Shown: piece by piece, positions 52,416-63,764 of the stretch
How positions within the stretch are numbered: the stretch's first letter is position 1
Layout of the letters: each line of letters starts with the position of its first letter
Source of the DNA: Eledone cirrhosa
Taxonomy: Eukaryota
Direction of reading: 5' to 3'
Length of the DNA: 64,000 bases
Assembly (NCBI GenBank): GCA_964016885.1
Contig: OZ024754.1
Location: forward strand, 16,244,001 to 16,308,000
Translations under genes and position numbers: made by a program
Notes under the pieces: generated by a model
What the model was told of the DNA's origin: nothing
The model's input: only the letters and a program-made list of their open reading frames with translations
The model's database searches: none

Positions 52416-55400
52416 ATCATCATCATCATCATCAACGTTTAACGTCCGTGTTCCACGCTTGCATGGGTTTGGACGGGGGTAGTCCCACTTGAGGCAAGAG
52501 TGGTTGTCTTGCTCGCATAGGACTGTCTGGCAGGTTTTCTACAGTTGGATGCCCTTCCTAACACCAACCACATTTACAGTGTGGGTCTGGGAGGTTTTTA
52601 CCGTGTTGCCTACACGACCACATTACAGCGTGGACTGTGTGTTTTTTTGTCGTGACACCTACACGATCTCATTTGTTTCGGCCTATGGCGCGGCACCAAC
52701 ATAACTTTACATAGAACGGGGTGGTGTGGATGGGGTGGGGGTGGTGGTGGTGGGACGGGGTGTATTTTGTTAGAGATGCCTACTGGTTGGAGTAGGTTTT
52801 ACTATATATTTAGGTAAGGCGGGTCTTCTCTGTTACTGAGTACCGCCAAAGGTCTCGGTCCAGTGACATTGTCTTGGAGAGGTGTAAGTGTGTGATGTCG
52901 GAGTTTATCAGCTCATCCCAGGTTTTTCTAGGTCTGCCTATTCCGTGACTACCGTCTATCTTTATTGCCCTGCACTTTGTTATACAGCTATCGACTTTCA
53001 TGCGCATCACGTGTCCATACCAACGTAGCCTTCTCTCGAGTAAACAACATCTGATCCCTCTTATCTCTAATTTTTTCCTTAGTTCGTTTATGCTTTGCCG
53101 TTCACGTATATTACTGTTACACATCCAGCGGAGCATGCAAGCTTCATTCCTCTCTAGTCTGCGTATATCCTCTGCACACAATGCCCAGGTCTCACTGCCA
53201 TGCAGCATTGCTGTTCGTATGCAGGCATCGTACAACCTGCCTTTCATTTTTAGGGAGAACCCTTTAGCAGCTAATAGTGGTATAAGCTCTCTGAACTTTT
53301 TCCAACCAGTTCTGACTCTAGCTACAGTACTTTCAGAGCACCCTCCCCCACTGCTGATTTTATCGCCCAGGTAACGGAAGCTGTCCACTATTTCTATAGA
53401 ACCCTCTGCGCAATTGAAAGAGCTAGTATTTTGTGGGCACTTGCTGCTACTTATTGCACCAGAACACCGACCACATGTAAAATCTATGTTCTTAGTTAGC
53501 TTACCTGTGATCCCACTACATCTTTTATGCACCCATACTTTGCATTTAGGACATAAAATGGAGTTTCTACCTACGCCTTTCCTACACACCGAGCACGACC
53601 ATTTCCCAGAAGGGACCGCCACCTTGTTTTCTTTCCTACAAACTAGAACTTTGGTCTTAGCCAGGTTAATTTTAAGTCCTTTTGACTCTAGGCCGTGCTT
53701 CCATGTTTGGAATTTCTTCTCTAGCTCGGCCATTGATTCCGCTATGAGTGTCAGGTCGTCTGCGTATAGGAGTTCCCATGGGCAGCCTGTCTTGAACTCC
53801 TCTGTTATAGCCTGAAGGGCAATAATAAATAGTAGGGGGCTGAGAACAGAGCCCTGATGGACGCCAACTTTTACGCTAAACTCTTCACTATATTCGTTGT
53901 TAATTCTAACCTTGCTGACTGTTTCTTTATACATGGCTTGTATAGCCCTCACAAGCCATTCGTCAACGCCTAGTTTTCTAAGAGCCCACCAGATAATGGA
54001 GCGGAGGACTCTGTCGAAGGCTTTCTCCAAGTCGACAAAAGCTAAGTAGAGGGGTTTACCTTTAGCTAGGTACTTCTCCTGTAGTTGTCGTACTATGAAA
54101 AGAGCGTCTGTGGTACTTTTGCCTGACACAAACCCGAACTGCATTTCATCTAGGTCGATTCTCTCTCTGATTAGTTGCGCTATTACTTTTTCCGTGACCT
54201 TCATGACCTGGTCGATTAATTTAATGCCTCTATAGTTACTCCTATCTAGGGCGTCTCCTTTACCCTTATAACAGTTAACGATGATGCTGCTATGCCAGTC
54301 CTTCGGAACAACCCCATTCTGTACGACTTGGTTAACTATGCGGGTGACCATGGTGTGTCCCACCGTGCCAGATGCCTTCAGCATCTCAGCAACTATTTCC
54401 GAAGGCCCAGCCGCCTTACCCGTCTTCATATCCTTGATTGCCTTACTTATTATACTCCCCTCGACTAACACTGCTGGTCCCTCTATTGGGTCGATATGGG
54501 GGAGACTGTCTTTCTCCCATTTATTCTCCTCATTTAGTAGCCTTTCGTAGTGACACTTCCAAGCTACCTTCTTATCAGCGTCGGTGATGGCAAGTGTGCC
54601 ATCGTCGTTTAGTACACACTTCTCCCCGACAATATCACGGTTTTCCTTGACGCATTGCCTAGCAATCCTGAACACCTCACGTTTTTGGTCATCGCGTTGT
54701 AGAACATGCTTGAACTTTCTTTCCTCAGCTTCCCTTCTTGCTAAGTACACTTGTCTCCTAGCTTCCCTCCTGGCCACTTGATAGTCTTCTCTACTTCCCC
54801 CATCCTGCCATACTTTCCAAGCCTGCTTTTTGGCCTTAATTGACCCCTCCACCTTACTGTTCCACCACCATGTTACTCTCCTCCTGCCTACAGGCCTGCT
54901 CCAGCCACAGACTTCGTCTGTCGCCAACAGCAGGTTTGCTTTCAGAAATTCCCACTCTCCCTCTATATTGTCCGACTCTAAATGTTCTTCCTTACTGTCG
55001 AAAGCATCAAGTAATATGCTTTTAAATTTATTCCTGGCTGTGGGGTCCTTTAGCTTCCATATTTTTCTCCTGAGGATAGTTCTCTTCTGCTGTCGAGTAC
55101 GTCTCGTCCTGACTATGAGGTCGCTAATTATCAGTCTATGTTGGGAGGTGCATTCTTCATGGGGGAGGGATTTGGTGTTTACAACAGACACTCTGTCACG
55201 TCTTCTGGTAAGGATATAATCTACCTGGCTTGTGTGTTCCCCGGATCTATAGGTGATCAGGTGATTGTCACGTTTTTTGAAGTTAGTGTTACAGATAGTT
55301 AGGTTATTTGCATCACAGAATTCCAGGATTCTGGAGCCTTCCTCATTTCTAGTACCAAACCCATAGCCTCCATGGATTTCGTCGTAGCCGTCACAATGTT

Positions 55401-55683
55401 GTCCAACGTGACCATTTAGGTCGCCTGCAATAATTATATAGTCACTGTCGGATATTTGGGAGGTAGTTAGCATCAGTGTCTCATAGAATCTGTCTTTTAT
55501 AGTGCCGGGCAGTCCGGATTGGGGTGCGTACGCAGATATTATTGTCACCGTAGTTCTATTGAGGACAAGTCGTATTTTAATTATTCTGTCGTTCACTCTA
55601 TTTACGTCTATTATCTTATCTGCCCACTTTTCCGCTACCATGATTCCTACTCCACCCAGCCCATCGTCGTTTCCCACCCATAT
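52416..55683 (-). mobile_element. Young 5'-truncated RTE-clade LINE with 3' UTR and (GAT)n tail
   Basis: Uninterrupted ORF 55695-52810; 3' UTR 52809-52435; tail 52416-52434. Confidence 0.93.
52810..55683 (-). CDS. RTE ORF: AP endonuclease (N-truncated), reverse transcriptase and PHD-like finger
   Basis: GVGIMV, SAYAPQ, AGDLNGHVG, SQVDYIL (APE); DLEKAFDRV, GVHQGSVLSP, LYADD (RT); RLRWYGHV, GRPRKTW. No genuine start codon; the first few residues of the called ORF come from flanking DNA. Confidence 0.9.
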   Translation of the reverse strand: MWVGNDDGLGGVGIMVAEKWADKIIDVNRVNDRIIKIRLVLNRTTVTIISAYAPQSGLPGTIKDRFYETLMLTTSQISDSDYIIIAGDLNGHVGQHCDGYDEIHGGYGFGTRNEEGSRILEFCDANNLTICNTNFKKRDNHLITYRSGEHTSQVDYILTRRRDRVSVVNTKSLPHEECTSQHRLIISDLIVRTRRTRQQKRTILRRKIWKLKDPTARNKFKSILLDAFDSKEEHLESDNIEGEWEFLKANLLLATDEVCGWSRPVGRRRVTWWWNSKVEGSIKAKKQAWKVWQDGGSREDYQVARREARRQVYLARREAEERKFKHVLQRDDQKREVFRIARQCVKENRDIVGEKCVLNDDGTLAITDADKKVAWKCHYERLLNEENKWEKDSLPHIDPIEGPAVLVEGSIISKAIKDMKTGKAAGPSEIVAEMLKASGTVGHTMVTRIVNQVVQNGVVPKDWHSSIIVNCYKGKGDALDRSNYRGIKLIDQVMKVTEKVIAQLIRERIDLDEMQFGFVSGKSTTDALFIVRQLQEKYLAKGKPLYLAFVDLEKAFDRVLRSIIWWALRKLGVDEWLVRAIQAMYKETVSKVRINNEYSEEFSVKVGVHQGSVLSPLLFIIALQAITEEFKTGCPWELLYADDLTLIAESMAELEKKFQTWKHGLESKGLKINLAKTKVLVCRKENKVAVPSGKWSCSVCRKGVGRNSILCPKCKVWVHKRCSGITGKLTKNIDFTCGRCSGAISSSKCPQNTSSFNCAEGSIEIVDSFRYLGDKISSGGGCSESTVARVRTGWKKFRELIPLLAAKGFSLKMKGRLYDACIRTAMLHGSETWALCAEDIRRLERNEACMLRWMCNSNIRERQSINELRKKLEIRGIRCCLLERRLRWYGHVMRMKVDSCITKCRAIKIDGSHGIGRPRKTWDELINSDITHLHLSKTMSLDRDLWRYSVTEKTRLT

Positions 55684-56405
55684 TATTAGAAACAAAAGAG
55701 ATGGTCATAAATGGAATATCTTTTAGCATAAATCTACTCTATCAGAGTAAACATAGGGTTAAGCAATAACAACAACAAATGGCAAATAGATTGTATTCTG
55801 GACTCCATGAATAAGGACAAAGATCTTGGGAAGTCCTTGAACAAGAGATAAACATTATATAATCTAAGACTTCTTCATCCAAAAACTACAGGTTTTGAAC
55901 TCAATTACTGTTAGAATGTAATTCACAATGATATATGAAGTAATTCATGAAAGAACATTTATATAAAAGATAAAATAACATAATGATTTCTGATTTTGGC
56001 ACAGGGCCAACAATTTTTGGGGGAGGGAGAAAGTCAATTAAATCAATCCCATTGCATTACTGGTACTATATTTTATCGACCCTGTAAGGATGAAAGGCAA
56101 AGCTAATCTCAACAGGATTTTTTAAATCAGAACGTAAAGGGACGTAACTCTATATCGCAAAGCATGTTGTCAACAGTCTACCAATACTGCCAATACAATA
56201 TCTTAAAGTTCAATTTAGCATGTAGTAAAAGTCACTTTAACTACTGTAGGTTAAGTGGCTCTTCTCTTATGTGCCATAGAGTTTAAATGTTGGTTTAACA
56301 TGTAATTTGGTTTTAGATTCAGACATCTCAGTTCACCTTTAGATCAAATAACTTCTGAAACCAATAACACCCCACCACTCATTATATAACATATAGTCAG
56401 CAACA

Positions 56406-56603
56406 CGAGGGTCAGCTGAAAAGTTCATAGGCTGACTATAAAGGGGTGATGCTAGAGCTATGAAATCTTTCATGGATTAATTTCAATTCTTCTTATTAAT
56501 AACTGCAGTGTTTCTTTCCAAGGACTATGTTGAAAAATAAACCTCATTTGGTCATTCCCTGAGAGTATCTTGGTCGACCTATGAACTTTTCAGATGACCT
56601 TTG
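56406..56603. mobile_element. Mariner-type MITE, plus a solo TIR at ~56939-56970
   Basis: TIR CGAGGGTCAGCTGAAAAGTTCATAGG / CCTATGAACTTTTCAGATGACCTTTG followed by TA. Confidence 0.7.
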
Positions 56604-56639
56604 TATAGTCAATCACACCCCAGCCATCATTATATAATC

Positions 56640-56822
56640 GGTGGTTTGGCAGTATTGGTAGAGAGTCGGACACCATGCTTTGAAGCATAGAGTTACGTCC
56701 CTTTATGATCTGAGTTCAAATCCCGCCGAGGTTAACTTTGCCTTTCATCCTTACGGGGTCGATAAAATAAAGTACCAGTAGTGTACTGGGTTATTGCTGG
56801 CCTTGTGTCAAATGTAGAAACA
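56640..56822 (+). mobile_element. Full-length family A SINE with 11-bp TSD ATTATATAATC
   Basis: TSD at 56629-56639 and 56823-56833; B-box GAGTTCAAATCC. Confidence 0.85.
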
Positions 56823-56984
56823 ATTATATAATCAATAGTCAATCACACAACAACTTGTACCAATATCAATTTATCAATAACACACAACACTCACATCAGT
56901 CACATCACATCTCACAGCAGAGTTTCATAATCCACAGCTGAGGGGCAGCTGAAAAGTTCATAGGCTGACCAGGTTACTCTCATA

Positions 56985-58191
56985 TGGTGATGGTGGTAGT
57001 GGTGGTGGTGGTGGTGGTGGGGGTTGTGGTGGTGTGGGTGATGGTGATGGTGGTGGTGTGGTGGTGGTGGTGGTTGTGGTGGTGATGGTAGTAGTGGTGC
57101 TGGTGGTGGTGGTGATGATGGTGGTGGCGGTGGTGGTGATCAAGGTGGTGGTAGTGGTGATGATGGTGGTGGTAATAGTGATACTGCTGCTGGTGGTGAT
57201 GATGGTGATAGTGGTGGTAATGGAGATACTGCTTCTGGTGGTGATGATGATGGTTGTGGTGGTTGTTGGTGATGGTGGTGGTGATGGTAGTGATGGTGGT
57301 TGTGATGATGGTGGTGGCGGTGTTGGTGATGGTTGGTGATGGTGGTGGTGGTGATGGTGGTGGTGGTGGTGGTGGTGGTGGTGATGGTGGTGGTGGTTGT
57401 TGGTGGTGGTGGTGGTTGTGATGATGGTGGTGGCGGTGATGGTGGTGGTGGTGGTGGTTGTGATGATGGTGGTGGCGGTGATGGTGGTGGTGATGGTAGT
57501 GATGGTGGTTGTGATGATGGTGGTGGCGGTGTTGGTGATGGTGGTGGTGGTGGTGATGGTGGTGATGGTGGTGGCGGTGTTGGTGATGGTGGTGGTAGTG
57601 GTGATGGTGGTGGTGGTGGTGATGGTAGTGATGGTGGTTGTGATGATGGTGGTGGCGGTGTTGGTGATGGTGGTGGTGATGGTAGTGGTGATTGTCGTGG
57701 TGGTGATGGTGGTGGCGGTGGTAGTGGTGGTGGTGGTGATGATGGTAGTAGTGGTGGTGATGGTGCTGGTGGCGGTGGTGATGGTGGTGGTGATGGTGGT
57801 GGTGGTGATGATGGTAGTGGTGATTGTCGTGGTGGTGTTGGTGGTAGGGTGGTGGTGGTAGTGGTGGTGGTGGTAGTGGTGATGGTGGTGCTGGTGGTGA
57901 TGGTGGTGGCAGTGTTGGTGATGGTGGTGGTAGTAGTGGTGGTGATGGTGGTGGTAGTGGTGGTAGTGATGGTGGTGGTGGTGGTAGTGGTGGTGGTAGT
58001 GGTGGTGGTGGTGGTGATGATGGTAGTGGTGGTGGTGATGGTAGTAGTGGTGGTGATGGTGGTGGTAGTGGTGGTGATGGTGCTGGTGGTGGTGGTGGTG
58101 GTGGTGATGGTGGTTTTGGTGATGATGGTAGTGGTGATTGTCGTGGTGGTGATGGTGGTGTTGGTGGTGGTAGTGGTGGTGGTGATGATGG
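56985..58191. repeat. Degenerate (GGT/GAT)n trinucleotide tract, 1.2 kb
   Basis: Seen directly; produces poly-His/Thr/Pro/Val/Gly pseudo-ORFs in all frames. Confidence 0.95.
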
Positions 58192-58274
58192 AATGAGTTT
58201 AACATAGTTGAAGGAGACAGATTTTCCTATACTTGATGTCTTTGTTAAAGAAAAAAAAATGTCTTTGGCATTTG

Positions 58275-60360
58275 GTGTGTGTATATGTGTGTGTGTGTGT
58301 TTGTGTATATGTTTGTGTGTCTCAGTGTGTGTGTTTGTATGGATAATACATGTTTGTGTGTGTGTTTGTGCATATGTGTGTGTGTGTTTGTGTATATGTG
58401 TGTGTGTAGATGAGTGTGTGTGTGTTATTGCAAGCAACAGACCAGCTGATAGTGTGTGTGTGTGTGATTACAAGTAACGACTGATAGCAGATGAAAAGGA
58501 GTGTGTGCATGCATGTGTATATGTGTGCATGCATGTGTATGTATATGTGTGTGTGTATGTGTATAAGGAGTATGTATATGTGTGTGTGTGAATTTGTATA
58601 AGGAATGAGTGTGTGATATGATTACAAGGAACAACTCTGTGTGCATGTGTGTGAGTGAATGCGTATGTGTATATGTGTATAAGGAGTGTGTATGTGTATA
58701 TATGTGTGCGTAGACTGGAAAGGAACGAAGCATGCATGCTCCGTTGGATGTGTAATAGTAATATACGTGAACGGCAAAGCATAAATGAACTAAGTGAGGA
58801 ATTAGGTATAAGAGGGATCAGATGCTGTTTACTTGAGAGAAGACTACGTTGGTATGGTCACATGATGCGCATGACAGACGACAGCTGTATAAAAAAGTGC
58901 AGAGCGATCAAAATTGATGGAAGTTACAGAGTAGGCAGACCCAGAAAAACCTGGGATGATCTGATAAATTCTGACCTTACACACTTACATCTCTCTAAGA
59001 CAATGTCACTGGACCGAGATCTTTGGCGCTACGCAGTAATACAGAAGATCTGTCTTGCCTATGTGCAAAGCGAAACCTACTATCAGTAGGCACCTCTTGA
59101 CCAAATATATACCCCAATCCACTACCCCTTCCCTATCCTCCCATGCCCACCAACAGCACGAGAGGTCGAGATCGTGTAGGTGTCACGGCAAAAAACACAC
59201 AGTCCAAGCTGTAATGTGGCCGTGTAGGTAACACGGTAAAAACCTCCCAGTTCCACACTGTAAATATGGTTGGTGTTAGGAAGGGCATCCAACCATAGAA
59301 AACCTGCCAGATAGTCCTATACGAGCGAGACACAGTCACCCGACCAACCTTGCCTCAAGTGGGACAACTCCCGTCTAACCCATGCTAGCGTGGAAAATGG
59401 ACGTTAAACGAAGATGATGATGATGATGATGTATGTGTGTATTTGTATCAGGAGTGTGTATGTGTATATATGTGTATAAGGAGTATGTATATAAGTGTAT
59501 GTGTATAAGGAGTATGTATATATGTATGTGTATATATGTATAAGGAGTGTGTATGTGTATATATGTGTATAAGGAGTATGTATATATGTGTGTGTATATA
59601 TGTATGTGTGTATTTGTATAAGGAGTGAGTCATCATCATCATCATCTCATTTTACGTCCACTTATCCCTGCTTGTAAGGGTGGGACGGGAACTGATTCTG
59701 GCTTGATTTCTACAGCTGGATGCCCTTCCTAACACCAACCATGAGTGTGTGTATATATGTGTATAAGGAGTATGTATATATGTATGTGTGTATTTGTATC
59801 AGGAGTGTGTGTGTGTATATATGTGTATAAGGAGTATGTATATATGTATGTGTATATATGTATAAGGAGTGTGTATGTGTATAAGGAGTATGTATATATG
59901 TGTGTGTATATATGTATGTGGTTATTTGTATCAGGAGTGAGTGTGTGTATATATGTGTATAAGGAGTATGTATATATATGTATGTGTGTATTTGTATCAG
60001 GAGTGTGTGTGCGTATATATGTGTATAAGGAGTATGTATATATATGTATGTGTGTATTTGTATAAGGAGTGAGTGTGTGTATATATGTGTATAAGGAGTA
60101 TGTATATATATGTATGTGTGTGTGTATAAGGAGTGTGTATGTGTATATATGTGTATAAGGAGTATGTATATATATGTATGTGTATATATGTATAAGGAGT
60201 ATGTGTATATATGTATGTGTGTATTTGTATCAGGAGTGAGTGTGTGTATATATGTGTATAAGGAGTATGTATATATGTATGTGTGTGTATATAAGGAGTG
60301 AGTATGTGTATAAGGAGTATGTATATATATGTATGTGTGTGTATAAGGAGTGAGTGTGTT
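58275..60360. repeat. TG/TA-rich compound satellite punctuated by gtataaggag, interrupted by RTE pieces
   Basis: Recurring gtataaggag/gtatcaggag motif between variable (TG/TA) runs. Confidence 0.85.
58709..59431 (+). mobile_element. Short 5'-truncated RTE copy (3' end)
   Basis: RRLERNEACMLRWMCNSNIRERQSINEL is near-identical to the C-terminus of the 52810 ORF; same 3' UTR and (GAT)n tail. Confidence 0.9.
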
Positions 60361-60689
60361 TGTGAAATGATTACAAGAAACCATTGTGGTGCTTCAGAGA
60401 TGTAACCAAAATAAGAAACTCTACTTAACTGAGACAATGCTCAGTTGTGTCTTTTGTTGACAGTTGACAGTGCTGCTGCTGCTGCTGCTGATATCCACCA
60501 GACTCTCAATGGTGGACTGAAGAGTGTTTCATTACAGCAGGCCTTATGTTGTTATTGTGTCAGCAATACAGCCATCTATGTGTGTGTGAGGCAGATGGAT
60601 GAGTAGATGGGTGGGTAGATAGATAGATAGGTGGAGATGGGTAGATAGATAGATGTGGGTAGATAGATAGATAGATGGGTAGATAGATA

Positions 60690-62684
60690 TGTTTCTTTAT
60701 TAGCCACAGGGGCACAAAAGAAGGGGACTTTATTAGCCACAGGGGCACAAAAGAAGGGGACAAATACAAAGGGGGAAGTTTACATACAATAAAAACGTGT
60801 AAAATATTATCACAAATGCAATTTAAAAAGTTAGTCGATTTTCCCCAATAGGGGGAGACAGTTTATATGGGTAACACATACCCCCGAAAAAATGTGCAAC
60901 CCTCAACTCCAGGAGTACGAAGAGTTTGTACTCCTTTCCTCTCCTCCTCCTTTTCCTCAACCTACAGGCTGATATAGAGAGAAGGCCCATTCACTAGGGC
61001 CATTCTCGCCACTTTCACCCACCTTTCATAAAACTTGCTGGGGTACAGCACCTCTCTCTCCATCCTGGGGTGCAGCACCTCTCTCTCCATCCTGGGGTAC
61101 AGCACCTCTCTCTCCATCCTGGGGTACAGCACCACTCTCTCCATCCTGGGGTACAGCACCTCTCTCTCCATCCTGGGGTACAGCACCTCTCTCTCTATCC
61201 TGGGGTACATCACCTCTCTCTCCATCCTGGGGTACAGCACCACTCTCTCTATCCTGGGGTACAGCACCTCTCTCTCCATCCTGGGTTACAGCACCTCTCT
61301 CTCCATCCTGATTCTTCTTCCAAAATGATATTTGAAAAAACGAATCAGTTATTCGCCGGAGAGAAAGGTGTCTGACCTCAGTCCTTTTAACCTCGTCCAT
61401 CATATAACCTCTTTCACCATAGCCATAACACATAGGAAAACCACCTCTCCTTCGTTTTTGAAGGAGGGTGGCGGTTTGATCATGTCAATGGACTCGGTGG
61501 TCAACTGGATTGGTCCCACCCGCGACAATAGTCATTCTACATAGCCCCACAGGTCGGTAACGCCCGGGCAGTGTACAAATGCGTGCGCGATGGTTTCCTT
61601 CGCGCGCACGCATCTTGGACAGATCTTTTTCGAAGGGTCCCTGCTCGGGCGCCCGTGTCTGTAGAGCTTGTCTCGAACTGGTAAAGCTCCTCGGTAGCAC
61701 TGCCAGGCCAGGGACTTTTGGAAGTTGTCCATCGGTCCCGGGCAGAAGGTCCTACCGAACAGACTGGCCAGTTTGTCCTCCTCTACGCCCAGAATTTCTC
61801 CGAGCACGTCGTCGCACCTGCTGCGGACTAACCCTCTATAGAATGACGAAGTGGAGTCTCCACTGATCGCCGGGTCCATTTGCCAGAGCCCTGTGAACGC
61901 CTGAGCACATTCTATGTGCCAGTCCCCCATTTTCGTCGATCTTTGCTTGACCCAGGACTGCAGCTCGGTCAGCGAGACGAGTCGTGGGAAGGCTCGCCTC
62001 ACGAACGGGGCCCACGCCAGTTGTCCGGTGAGGAATACGTGGAGGTGCCGCAGTCTGAGCGCGTGTTTGTGCATCGTCAGCCACGACATCCCCAGCCCTC
62101 CGTTTGAAGGGTGTTGGCAGCAGATGGATGGATCTTCTCACCAAAGGAGCCCGTTTCTTCCAAAGGAATTGGAAGAGAGCGCGCTCCATTTTGGTAAGTG
62201 TTTTGGCTGGACAAGGCACGACGGTCAAGCGGTAGTAGATGGCGGACGCTATAAAAGTGTTCTCCACCTCCGCTCGACCTTTCAAGGATAGTTTGCACTC
62301 GGCCCACTTCTGGATGAGCGCAAACACCTTGGCCGTCACCTCATTCCAGTTCTTCTCCACCTAGAGGTCCGGACCAAACCAGACCCCGAGCAGCTTTACC
62401 GGTCCTTCCGTCCAGCGTCCGACGACGCCATCGGAAGGCATCGGTTTGCCTCTCCACGTTCCGAGTTGCAAACTGATGGATTTGTCCCGGTTTAGCTTCG
62501 CTCCTGTGAACCTTTAGTATTCCTTCAGTAAGGTGCCGACCTTCCCGATTTGTGAGGTGCTCGACACCATTACTGTAAAATCGTCGGCGTAGGCCGACGC
62601 CGCTTTTCGCAGTCCCGGTTCCAAAGGGATGCCCTGCAATAGCTCCAACTTCCGCAGTAGGGGCTCGAGAGTCAGTACGTACAG
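60690..62684 (-). mobile_element. Tx1-type LINE copy B, 5'-truncated in RT, flanked by GATA repeats
   Basis: AYADD, KLSLKGR, WQCYRGALP, CPRC..H...HC. Internal 27-bp amplification and a 33-bp 3' duplication. Confidence 0.9.
61038..61310 (-). repeat. 27-bp x10 minisatellite inside the Tx1 ORF2 C-terminus
   Basis: Unit ctggggtacagcacctctctctccatc (MEREVLYPR on minus); single unit in copies A and C. Confidence 0.92.
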
Positions 62685-62747
62685 ATTGATAGATAGATAG
62701 ATAGATGGGTGTTTAGATTGATAGATAGATAGATGGGTGTTTAGATT

Positions 62748-62778
<31 letters not shown>

Positions 62779-62799
62779 GGGTGTTTAGATTGATAGATA

Positions 62800-63716
62800 T
62801 ATTTCTTTATTAGCCACAGGGGCACAAAAGAAGGGGACAAATACAAAGGGGGAAGTTTACATACAATAAAAACGTGTAAAATGTTATCACAGATGGAATT
62901 TAAAAGTTAGTCGATTTTCCCCAATAGAGGGAGACAGTTTATATGGGTAACACATACCCCCGAAAAAAAATGTGCAACCCTCATCTCCAGGAGTACGAAG
63001 AGCTTGTACTCCTTTCCTCTCCTCCTCCTTTTCCTCAACCTACAGGCTGATATAGAGAGAAGGCCCATTCACTCGGGCCATTCTCGCCACTTTCACCCAC
63101 CTTTCATAAAACTTGCTGGGGTACAGCACCTCTCTCTCCATCCTGATTCTTCTTCCAAAGTGGTATTTGAAAAAAAGAATCAGTTGTTGGCCGGAGAGAA
63201 AGGTATCTGACCTCAGCCCTTTCAACCTTGTCCACCATACAACCTCTTTCGCCATAGCTATCACACAAAGGAAAACCGCCTCTCCTTCGTTTTTGAAGGA
63301 GGGTGGCGGTTTGATCATGACAATGGACTCGGTGGTCAACTGGATTGGTCCCACCCGCGACAATAGTCGTTCTACATAGCCCCACAGGTCAGTGACGCCC
63401 GGGCAGTGTATGAATGCGTGCGCGACGGTTTCTTCGTCTCGCACGCACCTCGGACAGATCTTTTTTGCAGGGTCCCTGCCCGGGCGCCCATGTCTGTAGA
63501 GCTTGTCTCGAACTGGTAGAGCTCCTCGGTAGCACTGCCAGGCCAGGGACTTTTGGAAGTTGTCCATCGGTCCCGGGCGGAAGGTCCTACCGAACAGACT
63601 GGCCAGTTCATCTTCCTCTACGCCTAGAGTTTCACCGAGCGCGTCGTCGCACTTGCTGCGGACCAACCCTCTATAGAATGACGAATTGGAGTCTCCACTG
63701 ATCGCCGGGTCCGCCT
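62800..63716 (-). mobile_element. Tx1-type LINE copy C with 12-bp TSD GATTGATAGATA
   Basis: Open ORF2 C-terminus ending VNGPSLYISL*; TSD at 62788-62799 and 63717-63728. Confidence 0.9.
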
Positions 63717-63764
63717 GATTGATAGATAGATAGATTGATAGATAGATAGATAGATAGATAGATA

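Noticed and set aside
56958-58437. His/Thr/Pro/Gly-rich protein such as a beak or extensin-like protein
   Set aside because: Degenerate trinucleotide tract open in nearly all frames, with no signal peptide or supported splice sites.
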